From an uncultured Planctomycetales bacterium (lineage in GTDB: Bacteria > Planctomycetota > UBA1135 > JACQFD01): 64,000 bases of DNA. Numbering within the stretch: the stretch's first letter is position 1; each line of letters opens with the position of its first letter. Positions 26,341-38,291 of the stretch are shown here, piece by piece. A program made the translations under genes and the position numbers. The stretch is from positions 3,428 through 67,427 of the forward strand of contig CAZJHD010000001.1 in the NCBI GenBank assembly GCA_964545855.1, given 5' to 3'. Under the pieces are notes generated by a model, which saw only the letters and a list, made by a program, of their open reading frames with translations, was not told the DNA's origin and searched no databases.

Positions 26341-26676
26341 CGACAGCCCACGGTCGAAGCGCTCCGCAAGCGAGCGCGAGCCTTGTGGGAACTGGGTGGC
26401 GCTCGGCGCAAGGCGCCCACCATGTCGTCTCGCGTTCGCGAAGTTTCCCGTCGAAGTGCCTGCGGCGCGTGCCTTGCTGCAGACTCCGCTCCTCGGGCCC
26501 TCCCGATGGATCGCTTTCGCGCTGGGGCTTGACCTCCAGATCCAGATTCCTACTGTTCCGACCTCGTCGCTCCGCGGGTGCGCGGATTCAGCCTCGGGCG
26601 GCTCTTGCTCGGTACTTGTTGCTTCGTCGCAGATGGTGGGCTCCGACGGAAGCCCTGGAAGTGACTTGGAGGGAGC

Positions 26677-27435
26677 ATGGGTCTACTCACGACACGAGTG
26701 GAAGGATCGATCGTCGAGCGTTCGCGCGATGAGTGGTTGCGCCGTCGGGGGGAACTCGCGGCCCTGGCGCTGATGATGATGAGTCTCATGGCGCCCTGGG
26801 CGGCGGCGCAGCAGGGAACTGTCTACTCCAACGCGGAGCACGAAGCTGCCGCGAACGCCGCTCGCGATTGTGTCAACGGCCTCGCGGCTTGGCCGAAGCA
26901 GGACAAGAACGATCCGCTGTCTCCCGACGTCCCGATCGTCTTCCAGACGGATCTTCCGGAGATGGGGCATTGGGATCCTGCCCAACGCGTGATCTCGCTC
27001 AATGGAAAGGCCATTGCCGCCGAATTTGCGTCGATCCTGGACGGGCTCGATGCAACGAAGAAGGCCAAGGTCCTGAAGCTCCTCTTCCTGCAGGTGCTCT
27101 TCCACGAGTGCGGCCATGCATGGAATCAGGACAACGGCGTCGACGACTCCGACCCGACCGGGCCCTTCGAGAGCGGCTGTCTCGGATGCACGCACCTCAT
27201 GATGGTCCGCCAGGACGCGCAGGATCTCTGTGATCGCGCGCTGCAGATGAAACTCGAGACGCCGCCGGATTGCGACTCGTGGAAGGCGATGTGCGCCGCA
27301 TACGAAATCGCCGCGCGAGACTTCGACAACCGCGAGCCCTGCTGGTCCATCTCGGGTGCGAATTGCCCGGGAAGCGGTCCGAGCGCGTTTCCGACTCTCC
27401 CCCCGACGTGCCCGTTCTGCGACGAGTGCCCATGA
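26677..27435 (+). CDS. secreted Cys-rich protein with an HExxH motif (putative zincin-like metallopeptidase)
   Basis: Signal-like LAALALMMMSLMAPWAAA. LFHECGHAW (HExxH). 12 Cys in the C-terminal half, ending CPFCDECP. Lower-GC codon usage than its neighbours. No family recognised. Confidence 0.6.
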   Translation: MGLLTTRVEGSIVERSRDEWLRRRGELAALALMMMSLMAPWAAAQQGTVYSNAEHEAAANAARDCVNGLAAWPKQDKNDPLSPDVPIVFQTDLPEMGHWDPAQRVISLNGKAIAAEFASILDGLDATKKAKVLKLLFLQVLFHECGHAWNQDNGVDDSDPTGPFESGCLGCTHLMMVRQDAQDLCDRALQMKLETPPDCDSWKAMCAAYEIAARDFDNREPCWSISGANCPGSGPSAFPTLPPTCPFCDECP

Positions 27436-28469
27436 GACCTACGACCATTCAAGGATCCTGGTCTGTTTCGCCGACGAGAGCGCACGCCCGCGATCGAGGC
27501 GCAGTCGACATGGGACAGGGGAAGCGAAACCTCCTAGCGAGACACGTCGGCTCTCTCTGGGAAGTCTGTTCCCGGAGTCTCGGGGTCAAGGCGGCGACTG
27601 CGATTCTGTGGGGGGGCGGACTCCTGATGCTTGCGGGCGTCGCCATCGGCGCGAAGGCGCTTCTCACCGCAGCGCTCCCGGCAACGGGCTGGCCGATGCC
27701 GCTCTCGCCAGGATCCCGGCAACCCGTCCGGACTTCCGAGACGCGCATCGTCGTGATGCGCACGTATGGCTTCCTGAAGCAGGTCGTCATCGATCGGCAG
27801 GAACGAGAGAGCCCCTCGGCGCCTTGGGCGAAGCAGCACCAAGTGCTCACGACTTCGTTTCCGATCTCGAGCGCGAAATCTCGATGCGACGAGGAGATCT
27901 GGGTCGCCGGGTCGGCGGCTCCCCAGAACGCGACGATCGAGCGGTGGGCGCTGCACCATCCGATGCGCCAGACGGGCAGCGGTCAGTACATCGCGCTCGA
28001 TCAACGTCGGCTGCCGGAGGATCGCCGCTCGACCTTCTACTCCGGATCGGACTACGGATACGTCGCTGATCTCGCGGTGGATCCGGAGGGGCGCTTCCTG
28101 TTGCTCCTTTTCGTGTCCTTCGACGGAAGCTCGAAGCGGCTCTATCAGTGGCACCTGCCGATCGCGCCGCCGCCGTCCTATCTCGGCCCGCCCGTCCTTC
28201 TCGCCGATTCGGCGTCGCTCCCCGAGCTCTCGCTCATCGAGCAGGTGAGCGTCGCGCAGCACGAGAGCGAGGGGCGAAAGTACGTCCTCTCCTCCGTGCG
28301 CCGAGGAACCGACGTCTGGGTCGCCGCAGATGTCATCACGATCCTCCTGAGCGACCCGGAGAACGACGGTGTGCTGTCACCGCCCATCGTCTTCACTGCG
28401 GCCGAGTGGGCAGCCGCTGGCTACAAGAGCGAAGGCGCCTGGTCTCAGTACTTCTCGGTGTGCGATTGA
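27432..28469 (+). CDS. hypothetical membrane-anchored protein
   Basis: ATG at 27432 overlaps the upstream stop (ATGA); an alternative ATG is at 27510. Single TM segment AATAILWGGGLLMLAGVAIGA, followed by a ~270-aa domain of unknown fold. Confidence 0.6.
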   Translation: MRPTTIQGSWSVSPTRAHARDRGAVDMGQGKRNLLARHVGSLWEVCSRSLGVKAATAILWGGGLLMLAGVAIGAKALLTAALPATGWPMPLSPGSRQPVRTSETRIVVMRTYGFLKQVVIDRQERESPSAPWAKQHQVLTTSFPISSAKSRCDEEIWVAGSAAPQNATIERWALHHPMRQTGSGQYIALDQRRLPEDRRSTFYSGSDYGYVADLAVDPEGRFLLLLFVSFDGSSKRLYQWHLPIAPPPSYLGPPVLLADSASLPELSLIEQVSVAQHESEGRKYVLSSVRRGTDVWVAADVITILLSDPENDGVLSPPIVFTAAEWAAAGYKSEGAWSQYFSVCD

Positions 28470-28557
28470 GGGCTCGAGAGAAGTCGGCCGCCTCTGCTCG
28501 CGAACCCCGAGCCGTCGCAGGGCCGGCAACAGGCTCGGATGCGTGCGCCGTGGGTCG

Positions 28558-29043
28558 TCAGAGTCCGTAGGACCGCCAGATCTCTCGGAGAGCCGCTTCC
28601 GGCGCTTGCGTCGTCGTCGCGCTCGCGGGCTCGAGCCCCGGGCCGCGCACGAGCATCGAGAGGCACTCGTAGCAGATCACGAGGTCGATCTCGCGGTCTC
28701 CGCTGCGCGCGCGGATCCCGTGCCGCGGGTTGAAGCAGGCGGCGACGGTGCCGTCGCTCTCCTCGATCCCGCGGATCACGAGGTCGACGATGTGCGTGCG
28801 GTCCGCGGCGACGGGGACCATCGCTCGACCGAGGATCCGATAGCCGTGGAAGGAGGACTCCTCGTCGGCCGGCTTCCCCTCCGCTTCGTGCGGGAACGGA
28901 TGCAGGGCGAGGATCTCCATCGAGTCCGGCGATCGCAGCACGTCGAGAGCGGTCTTCGGGAGCCGGTCTCCGATCCGGGCGCTGCAGGCCGCGACGGAGG
29001 CGAGGAGGAGCAGGGCGAGGGAGACGGTGCGGATCGGCGTCAT
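28558..29043 (-). CDS. hypothetical lipoprotein
   Basis: Signal peptide with lipobox LLLLASVAAC. 161 aa. Contains a CYEC pair. No family recognised. Confidence 0.6.
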   Translation of the reverse strand: MTPIRTVSLALLLLASVAACSARIGDRLPKTALDVLRSPDSMEILALHPFPHEAEGKPADEESSFHGYRILGRAMVPVAADRTHIVDLVIRGIEESDGTVAACFNPRHGIRARSGDREIDLVICYECLSMLVRGPGLEPASATTTQAPEAALREIWRSYGL

Positions 29044-29134
29044 GGTCGTGCGTCGTCCATCGTGCGCGACGTTCGGAGGTGAGCGGGCCGCAGTGGCACG
29101 AGGCCCGCTGCCGAATCTTTCGACGGGCCCGCCT

Positions 29135-29980
29135 TCACTCCACCGGTGCGAACTCGAGCGCCACGGGCTCCGGGATCATCCCCGCCGCGTGGGCGCGGTC
29201 GAGGAGCGCCTTCACGCCGGCGCGGCCGCGATCGCCGTAGTCGAGCGTGAAGTCGTTCACGTACATGCCGACGAACCGATCGTTCAGCCCGGCGTCGAGG
29301 CCTCGTCCGTACTGGAGCGCGTGCGCGAGAGCCTCCTCTCGGTTCGCGAGGCCGTGCTCGATGGAGCGCTTGAGGTATCCCGAGATGCGCGGGATGTCCT
29401 TGCCGAGGTCCTTGCGGATCACGTTGCAGCCGAGGGGGAGCGGCAGGCCGCCCGTCACTCCGTGGAACCACTCGCCGAGGTCGAGCACCTGCTGCAGTCC
29501 GAGATCTCGGAACGTGAGCTGGCCCTCGTGGATGATGAGACCCGCGTCGTACTTGCCCTCGGCCACGGCCGCGGGGATCCGATCGAAGGGCACGGTCTCG
29601 TGCTCGAAGTCGCCGAGCGCCATGCGCAGCACGAGGTACGCCGTCGTCATCGTGCCCGGGACGGCGATGGTCGAGCGCTTGAGCGCACGCATCTTGAAGT
29701 CGTCGCGCGCGACGACTTTCGGCCCGTAGCGGTCGCCGATGCTCGCTCCGTGGGGGAGCAGCGCGTACTGCTCGAGGCAGTAGGCGTAGGCGTGCAGCGA
29801 CACGGCCGTGACCTCGTACTCGGCGCGCATCGCCTTGCGGTTCAGCGTCTCGATGTCCTCGAGCACGTGCTCGAAGCGGAAACCCGGCGTCTCGACGCGG
29901 CCGGCCGCGAGCGCCCAATGCATGAACGCATCGTCGGGGTCGGGACTGTGTCCCAGCTTCAGCACGCGTTCCGTTGGCAT
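29135..29980 (-). CDS. mqnD: MqnD-family protein (1,4-dihydroxy-6-naphthoate synthase, futalosine menaquinone pathway)
   Basis: LKLGHSPDPDDAFMHWAL, LEDIETLNRKA and AGLIIHEGQLTF parallel the MqnD motifs (GFSPCPNDTF, LEDVETLN, AGLIIHE). Start set to the ATG at 29980. Confidence 0.75.
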   Translation of the reverse strand: MPTERVLKLGHSPDPDDAFMHWALAAGRVETPGFRFEHVLEDIETLNRKAMRAEYEVTAVSLHAYAYCLEQYALLPHGASIGDRYGPKVVARDDFKMRALKRSTIAVPGTMTTAYLVLRMALGDFEHETVPFDRIPAAVAEGKYDAGLIIHEGQLTFRDLGLQQVLDLGEWFHGVTGGLPLPLGCNVIRKDLGKDIPRISGYLKRSIEHGLANREEALAHALQYGRGLDAGLNDRFVGMYVNDFTLDYGDRGRAGVKALLDRAHAAGMIPEPVALEFAPVE

Positions 29981-30009
29981 GGGCCGCGCAGGATAGCAGC
30001 CGCCCGCTC

Positions 30010-31548
30010 TCATCGCGGCGCGCGCCGCTCGCCGAGGACGCGCTCCACCAGCGCGGCGAGCCCGAGTCCGGCGACGCGATTGCCCCGCACGTTGAAATGC
30101 GTGTCGCGGAGCGCGTAGACGTGGCGGCGGCCGTCACCGAGGGGCTCCACGGCGCGCAGGCGCGGGAGGAGGTCTTCGAAGGGGATGCCCCGATCGGAGA
30201 GCCACGCGCCGGCGAGGCGCTGGGGACGGTCGCGCTCGAGCGGCTCGGGGACGCCGGCCACGACGTCGCTCCACAACGCGTCCTCCACCTGGAACTCGTC
30301 GGGGAGCAGGAGAACGGCGAAGGGCGCCGTGCCGCTCGCCGCGTGCATGCGCTCAAGAGCCTCGAAGAGATGCCCGTAGCCGACCGTCTCGGGGCCGCAG
30401 GCCTCGCGCGCGCGCGCCCGCTCGATGCGCAAGTAGTCGGCCTCGCCGTAGGTGCCGCGCTCGAGCAGGGGATCGGCGAGCCATGGCTTCTCGCGCAGGA
30501 GCTCCGCGGGCGACGCCAGGGGCACGCCGCGCCGATCGGTCGCGCGCCCGGCCGCGATCGCGGATCCGAGCCCGCCGTCGGCAGCTCCGCGCCGCAGCGC
30601 GAGGAGGCGCGTCGGCACGAGCCAGAGCAGGAGATTCTCCCGGTGGAGCGGCCGGTGCGAGATCCAGCCGGTGGAGACGCGCTTCGCGTCGTGCACGTCG
30701 TTCCCGAGGAAGATGCACGCGACCACGAGATCGAGCGCCAGCGACGGTGCGTCGCGCTCGATCCAGCGGAGGTAGTCCCAGGGGCCCGCCGTGCAGACGC
30801 CCAGGTTCAGCACCTCCGTGTCGCCGAGCTCCTGCTCGCACACGGTCGTGAAGTGGAACGCGTGGGGGACGACGCTCGCCGCGAAGGAGTCGCCGACGGA
30901 GAGGACGCGGCGCGGCCCGCCGGGTCTCCGCGGCGCGAACTCCTCGTCGTAGTGGCCGGCGGAGTTGGTCGCGAAGCCGTCGTGCTCCGTGCCGGGCGGC
31001 AGGCCGAAGAGCCGCTCGCGCTCCTCCGTCGAGAGGTCGGCGCGCTGGAAGAGCGGAGACGGCGCGAGCCGCGCCCAGACCCGCAGCGCGATCTCTCCCG
31101 CCACGAGGAAGACGCAGACCGCGAGGGCGAGCCGGTCGGCGGCGCGGAGCAGCGCGGCCGGGAGCCGGCCCGCGGGCAGCTCGGCCGCGAGGCTCCCGCC
31201 GAGGAGCGCCGCCGCCAGCAGCAGGGGCGCGAGCTCGGGATGGAATCGCTCGACGAGGACCCCGTGGAGGGCGACGGCGCCCATCGCCGCGTAGATGGCG
31301 AGTCGCAGGCGCACGCCGACGCCCGCCGTCGTCGTCGTATCGCGCGCACGCCGCCAGGGGAGCACGAGCGCGAGCAGGGCGGCCGCCGCCAGGGCCGCCG
31401 CCGCGGCCCACCGGCCCGCGGGGCCCGCGGCTCGCTCGAAGAGCGCCGGGTGCCGCACCACCGTCCAGGCCGCGAGCGCGGAGGAGCCCGAGGCGGCGAT
31501 CAGGAGCAGTGCGCGGACGGCGCGCGCGGCGCGGTCGACATTCGCCAA
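30010..31548 (-). CDS. membrane-anchored SGNH hydrolase/acyltransferase (AlgX/AlgJ-like)
   Basis: About 5 N-terminal TM helices. SGNH block I VLSVGDSFAAS, block III FLGNDVHD, and a C-terminal DTHF motif (compare DTHW of AlgJ/AlgX). TTG start at 31548. Confidence 0.65.
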   Translation of the reverse strand: MANVDRAARAVRALLLIAASGSSALAAWTVVRHPALFERAAGPAGRWAAAAALAAAALLALVLPWRRARDTTTTAGVGVRLRLAIYAAMGAVALHGVLVERFHPELAPLLLAAALLGGSLAAELPAGRLPAALLRAADRLALAVCVFLVAGEIALRVWARLAPSPLFQRADLSTEERERLFGLPPGTEHDGFATNSAGHYDEEFAPRRPGGPRRVLSVGDSFAASVVPHAFHFTTVCEQELGDTEVLNLGVCTAGPWDYLRWIERDAPSLALDLVVACIFLGNDVHDAKRVSTGWISHRPLHRENLLLWLVPTRLLALRRGAADGGLGSAIAAGRATDRRGVPLASPAELLREKPWLADPLLERGTYGEADYLRIERARAREACGPETVGYGHLFEALERMHAASGTAPFAVLLLPDEFQVEDALWSDVVAGVPEPLERDRPQRLAGAWLSDRGIPFEDLLPRLRAVEPLGDGRRHVYALRDTHFNVRGNRVAGLGLAALVERVLGERRAPR

Positions 31549-31589
31549 GGGTCGATAGCATGGCGCGCTTTCCCCGACTCGCCAGCACC

Positions 31590-34022
<2,433 letters not shown>

Positions 34023-34080
34023 CGCACTCGCGGGGGCACTTCGCGCCCCGCGCTCTCCCTCTGCACCAAGGAGTCACGCC

Positions 34081-34317
34081 ATGGGCGACCTCAAGATCTC
34101 CGTCGTCGACAACGGACCGCTGCGCATCCAGGGCGCCGGCATCGTGCTGAACGACATGTCCGGGAAGACCTGGGACCTCGCGGGCCGCGACGCCATCTCC
34201 CTCTGCCGCTGCGGCCACTCGGCGAACAAGCCCTTCTGCGACGGTTCCCACGGCCGCGCTGGATTCCAGTCGAAGTGCGAGGCGGGGGTGCTCCCTCCGC
34301 CGAAGCCGAAGTTCTGA
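34081..34317 (+). CDS. CDGSH iron-sulfur domain protein
   Basis: 78 aa with CRCGHSANKPFCDGSH, the C-x-C-x2-(S/T)-x3-P-x-CDGSH signature. Confidence 0.85.
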   Translation: MGDLKISVVDNGPLRIQGAGIVLNDMSGKTWDLAGRDAISLCRCGHSANKPFCDGSHGRAGFQSKCEAGVLPPPKPKF

Positions 34318-34436
34318 GCCACCGATCACGCGCTCGTGCGCGTGGCGCGCGAGCGCTGTTCGGTTTCGAGGAGGCGCGCGTTCTCCCTCTCGAGCTCCAC
34401 ATCCACGATCGACCCGATGGAGCTCGGAGGTCTGCC

Positions 34437-34910
34437 ATGCGTCGTCACACTCTCGCCATCGCTTTCTCTCTCGCTCTGCTCGCCGTCCCCGCCCTCGCCA
34501 TCACGAACCGCGATGACCGCGGCGATCGCGAGGAGCGCGCCCGGCACTCGGCTCCGAAGGCGGAGATCACGCTCGTCGCGCTCGCGGGTGCGACGGAGGG
34601 CGGTCTCGAGTACGCCGTCTCCGGAACGCTCGCACCGAACGCGAGCGCCCAGCTCGGGATCCTCTACTCGAGCGGCCGCGCCCGCTGGATCGAGGTCGGC
34701 ACGACCGTCCGTGCGAACTCGAAGGGCGAGTTCTTCGGAATGGTCGAGTCCCATGCGGGACCGAAGGTCCTCGCGATCGTCCTGCTCGACCGCGGCAAGA
34801 TCCTCGACATGGCTCCGGTCTTCACCAAGCTCATCGTCGCGCCGGGCGGATTCTCGACGGCGGCCCAGTTCCTCGTGGCCCTGTACCGGCCCCTCTCCGC
34901 GAGCCGCTGA
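34437..34910 (+). CDS. hypothetical secreted protein
   Basis: ATG preceded by GGAGG. Signal peptide MRRHTLAIAFSLALLAVPALA. 157 aa. No family recognised. Confidence 0.55.
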   Translation: MRRHTLAIAFSLALLAVPALAITNRDDRGDREERARHSAPKAEITLVALAGATEGGLEYAVSGTLAPNASAQLGILYSSGRARWIEVGTTVRANSKGEFFGMVESHAGPKVLAIVLLDRGKILDMAPVFTKLIVAPGGFSTAAQFLVALYRPLSASR

Positions 34911-34927
34911 CCCGTGGCGCTCGGGAG

Positions 34928-34961
34928 AGCGAGCCCGGAGGCGAGAGCCTCCGGGCTCGCT
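34928..34961. terminator. bidirectional stem-loop between convergent genes
   Basis: Perfect 14-bp stem AGCGAGCCCGGAGG / CCTCCGGGCTCGCT with a 6-nt loop, followed by GCGTTT. Located between the stops at 34910 (+) and 34976 (-). Confidence 0.6.
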
Positions 34962-34975
34962 GCGTTTCCAGGGAG

Positions 34976-37228
34976 TCAGCGCGCGCTGGCGCCCGCCGCC
35001 GCGGCGGCCGGCTCCGGCGCCGCGACCCAGGCCTTCACGTCGTCGAGGATGCGCCGCACGTGGAAGGCGATGGTCTTGTGGCTCGCGTCGTACCAGTCGA
35101 TCCGCGCGTCGCCGCGCCGCCGGTCGAGGGCGGCGGCGAGGGCCTCCGTCGAGGCGCGGGGGACGATTTCGTCCTGCAGGGCGTTCACCATCAGCACGCT
35201 CGCGGCGTCGATGCGATGGGCCCAGGTGAGCGGGTCGTAGGGCCGCACGCGCTCGCGGAGCTCTCCCTCGGCGAGCGGAGTCTTCTCGAGGAGCGCGCGG
35301 ATCGCGCGCGTCTCGCTCACGGGCGACGAGAGGATCGTCGCGAGGTCGCCGCCGCCGAGCAGGAGCGCGCAGCGGTGGAGCCTCTGGTCGACGCCTGCCG
35401 CCACGGCGCCCACGAGGGCTCCCAGGGAGACGCCCACCAGGGAGACGCGCTCGCCGTCCACCTCGGGCCTCGCCCGCAGCCAGCTCACGGCGCGGAGCAC
35501 GTCGCCGACGCCCTGGCGCATCGCCTCGCCGAGCCCCTCGAGCCCGCCCGTGACGGCGAGGAGGCCGCGCTTCCCCGGCTCTCGCCGCTCGCCGTACCAG
35601 GGAAGCCGGATCACGAGGGCGGCCGAGCCCGCGGCGGCGAGCTCCCGCGCGATCCAGTGCTCCAGGCGGAGGTCGTTCTGCGAGTGGTGCACGATCACCG
35701 ACGCCGGGAGGTCGCGCTTCCCGGCGGGGCGGTACCAGGTGGCGTGGACGACGTCGTTCGTCGCGTCGCCGCTCGGGATCGCGGTCGGGAAGCGGAGCTC
35801 GCCGATCAGCAGGCGGGCGCCCTCGGGGCGCACGTCCATCTCCCAGCGGAACGAGCCGCCGGGCGCGAAGGCGCCGAGCGCCGCGAGCTCGGCGGCGGCG
35901 GCGCCGGCGAAGTCGCGCTTCTCCGCGACCTCGCCGCTCGCGGGGATCGTGAGTCGGCCGTCGCTGCGGCTCTCGACCGGAGCTCGCGGCGCCTGCGGGA
36001 GAGTGGCGGGATCCGTCGCCAGGAGATCGGCGAGCCGATAGGAGTGGAAGGCCTGGTTCTGGGCCCCCGGCGTCGGCGAGGACTCGGGGCTCACGGCGTT
36101 CGCGATCCACATGCGCCCGTCGCGCGGCGCGAAGACCGCCTGATGCAGGCACGAGTGCGTCGGCGGGTACAGCCTGCAGAGCGCGATCATCCGCTCGCCG
36201 TCGATGCGCCCTCGCTCCTCCTCGAGGAAGCGCGAGATCTCCCGGTAGCCGAGCCAGGAGCCTTCCTTGGAGATCGACGGGTCGTAGGGGTCTCGCTGGC
36301 GCGAGGCGAGCTCCGGGTCGACGAAGTGGTTCACGCGGCGCACGACGTCGCGCATCGCGAAATGCGGTGCGACGTTCTCCTTCGGGTCGTTGGGCTCGAA
36401 GAAGACGAGCCGCGACCGGTCGACCTCCACGGCGACGGCCGTGCGCGCGTTCCCGTCGGCGACGATGAAGTTGTAGCCGCACTCCTTCTTCCACTCGACG
36501 AAGAGCCGCTTCGCGTCCTCGAGGGTGCGCGCGCGGCGCAGCACCTCGCGCAAGTGGAACCACATGGGGGTTCCGTCGAGGACCTCGTCGCTCGACTCGC
36601 TCCCCATCTCGCCGACGGAGATCCCCGCGGCGTTCATGCCGGTGACGCATCCGATGGTGCCGGCCCAGCCGACGACCGCGTGGGGGATCTCCCCCGTCGG
36701 CTTCCAGAGGAGGAGACAGGCGTTCTCCTGCACCGTCTTGGTCGTGCCGAAGTGCAGGGAGAAGTCGAGGGAGCGGTAGTGGTAGAGCTCGCCGTCCGTC
36801 GTGACGCTCCCGAAGACGGCCGCTCCGGAGCAGTGATGGAGCGTCGGCATGATGTGGAGCGCCTGCAGCTCCGCGAGAGGCACCTCGGCGCCCTCGGCGA
36901 GCCCCTCCAGCTCCTCCACGTAGGCGGCCGGGATGTTCGGGAGCGCGGCCTCCCAGAGCCGGACGAGGTCGTCGAGCGTCCGCTTCCCACCGGCGAGCTC
37001 GCTCTCGTGGAGGTAGGACTGGATGCACTCGCGGACGCGCTTCGCGAGGAGGCGGCCGTGCTGGAAGCCCATCTCCCGGGGCGTCCCCTCCATGTGGAGC
37101 ACGAGCTGGCCGTCGATCGACTCGAGGAACCCGGCGCCCTCGCGTCCGAGCAGGAGACGCACCGGCTCCCTCGGGGGCGAGGTCTGAGGCGCGAGGACGA
37201 GTGCGAGGGCGAGGAGCGAGTGCGGCAT
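34976..37228 (-). CDS. fusion protein: N-terminal C45-family (acyl-CoA:6-APA acyltransferase-like, Ntn) peptidase domain plus C-terminal alpha/beta hydrolase domain
   Basis: ATG at 37228 (MPHSLLALALVLAP, signal-like). Ntn-type HHCSGAAVFG...GWAGTIGCVTGMN pattern in the first ~380 aa. C-terminal GVSLGA nucleophile elbow, with a later Asp (NALQDEIVP) and His (YDASHKT). The upstream 500 aa of the track ORF is shadow. Confidence 0.7.
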   Translation of the reverse strand: MPHSLLALALVLAPQTSPPREPVRLLLGREGAGFLESIDGQLVLHMEGTPREMGFQHGRLLAKRVRECIQSYLHESELAGGKRTLDDLVRLWEAALPNIPAAYVEELEGLAEGAEVPLAELQALHIMPTLHHCSGAAVFGSVTTDGELYHYRSLDFSLHFGTTKTVQENACLLLWKPTGEIPHAVVGWAGTIGCVTGMNAAGISVGEMGSESSDEVLDGTPMWFHLREVLRRARTLEDAKRLFVEWKKECGYNFIVADGNARTAVAVEVDRSRLVFFEPNDPKENVAPHFAMRDVVRRVNHFVDPELASRQRDPYDPSISKEGSWLGYREISRFLEEERGRIDGERMIALCRLYPPTHSCLHQAVFAPRDGRMWIANAVSPESSPTPGAQNQAFHSYRLADLLATDPATLPQAPRAPVESRSDGRLTIPASGEVAEKRDFAGAAAAELAALGAFAPGGSFRWEMDVRPEGARLLIGELRFPTAIPSGDATNDVVHATWYRPAGKRDLPASVIVHHSQNDLRLEHWIARELAAAGSAALVIRLPWYGERREPGKRGLLAVTGGLEGLGEAMRQGVGDVLRAVSWLRARPEVDGERVSLVGVSLGALVGAVAAGVDQRLHRCALLLGGGDLATILSSPVSETRAIRALLEKTPLAEGELRERVRPYDPLTWAHRIDAASVLMVNALQDEIVPRASTEALAAALDRRRGDARIDWYDASHKTIAFHVRRILDDVKAWVAAPEPAAAAAGASAR

Positions 37229-37309
37229 GGCGCGACTTCTGCCTACCGTGGGTCGTTGCGTGAAGCCTACCCCGCGATAGGCTCGACGGGCTCGATCGGA
37301 GACCACCCC

Positions 37310-38275
37310 ATGACGCGACACCCCGCCTTCGTCCTCGCCGCCGCTCTCGCCGTCTTCCTCGTCGCCGCCCCGGACGCCCGGGCCAACGACAAGACCTACA
37401 AGAACGACGCGATCGTCGACGGCTCCAACGCGAACGTCCAGGCGGGGTTCGTGAAGAACGAGATCGCCGCGTCGGTCTTTCGCGTGGAGGCGGGCGACGG
37501 GACGGTCTTCCTCCAGCGGGCCCGGGTCCTCTTCTTCAACGCGATCGGTCTCGCGACGACGCGCAACATGCGGATCCTCGTCTACGGGACGGGGAACCTG
37601 AATCCGGGCGCGCCGATCTACACCTCGCCGGTGTTCACCTTCTTCCCGGGCGGAGAGAACCTCGTCGACCTGAGCGCCGCGAAGATCGAGCTCCCGGCGG
37701 GGCAGTTCTTCACCATCGGCGCCCGCTTCGAGCAGGAGGGTCTCTTCGAGAACCTGAGCTCCGTCGTCACCGACACGAACGGGATCACGCCGAACAAGAA
37801 CCGCATCTTCAACGTGTCGACGGGCCAGTGGCAGACGGCCGAGAGCCTCGGCGTCACCGGTGATTTCGGGATCCGCGTCGACGTCACGGCGAACGGCCCG
37901 ACGCACTACGGCGCGGGCGTGGCGGGGAGCAACGGCGTCCCCACGATCGACACGACCGGCGCCTGGAAGGTCGGCAACACGGCCTTCACCTTCGCGGGCA
38001 CCAATGGGCCCGCGAACTCCGTCGCGTTCCTCGGCGTCGCCGAGGGGAGCTTCAGCTTCCCCATCCTGAGCATCGTCGTCCTCATCGATCCCGCGACGAG
38101 CTTCTCCATCCAGGGCCCGACCAACGCCGCCGGGAGCTGGTCGATCTCGACACCCATCCCGCCGAATCCGCTGCTCGCCGGGCTGCACTTCTACGGGCAG
38201 GTCTTCTTCGCCGATGCCGCGGGACCCGAGGGGCTCACCGTCTCCGACGGCATCGACATCCTGATCTGCCCGTAG
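37310..38275 (+). CDS. hypothetical secreted beta-rich protein
   Basis: Signal peptide MTRHPAFVLAAALAVFLVAAPDARA. Asn/Thr/Gly-rich. Its C-terminal ~75 aa resemble the C-terminus of the 9968..11590 protease. Confidence 0.65.
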   Translation: MTRHPAFVLAAALAVFLVAAPDARANDKTYKNDAIVDGSNANVQAGFVKNEIAASVFRVEAGDGTVFLQRARVLFFNAIGLATTRNMRILVYGTGNLNPGAPIYTSPVFTFFPGGENLVDLSAAKIELPAGQFFTIGARFEQEGLFENLSSVVTDTNGITPNKNRIFNVSTGQWQTAESLGVTGDFGIRVDVTANGPTHYGAGVAGSNGVPTIDTTGAWKVGNTAFTFAGTNGPANSVAFLGVAEGSFSFPILSIVVLIDPATSFSIQGPTNAAGSWSISTPIPPNPLLAGLHFYGQVFFADAAGPEGLTVSDGIDILICP

Positions 38276-38291
38276 TCCGGCAGCGGGAGCC

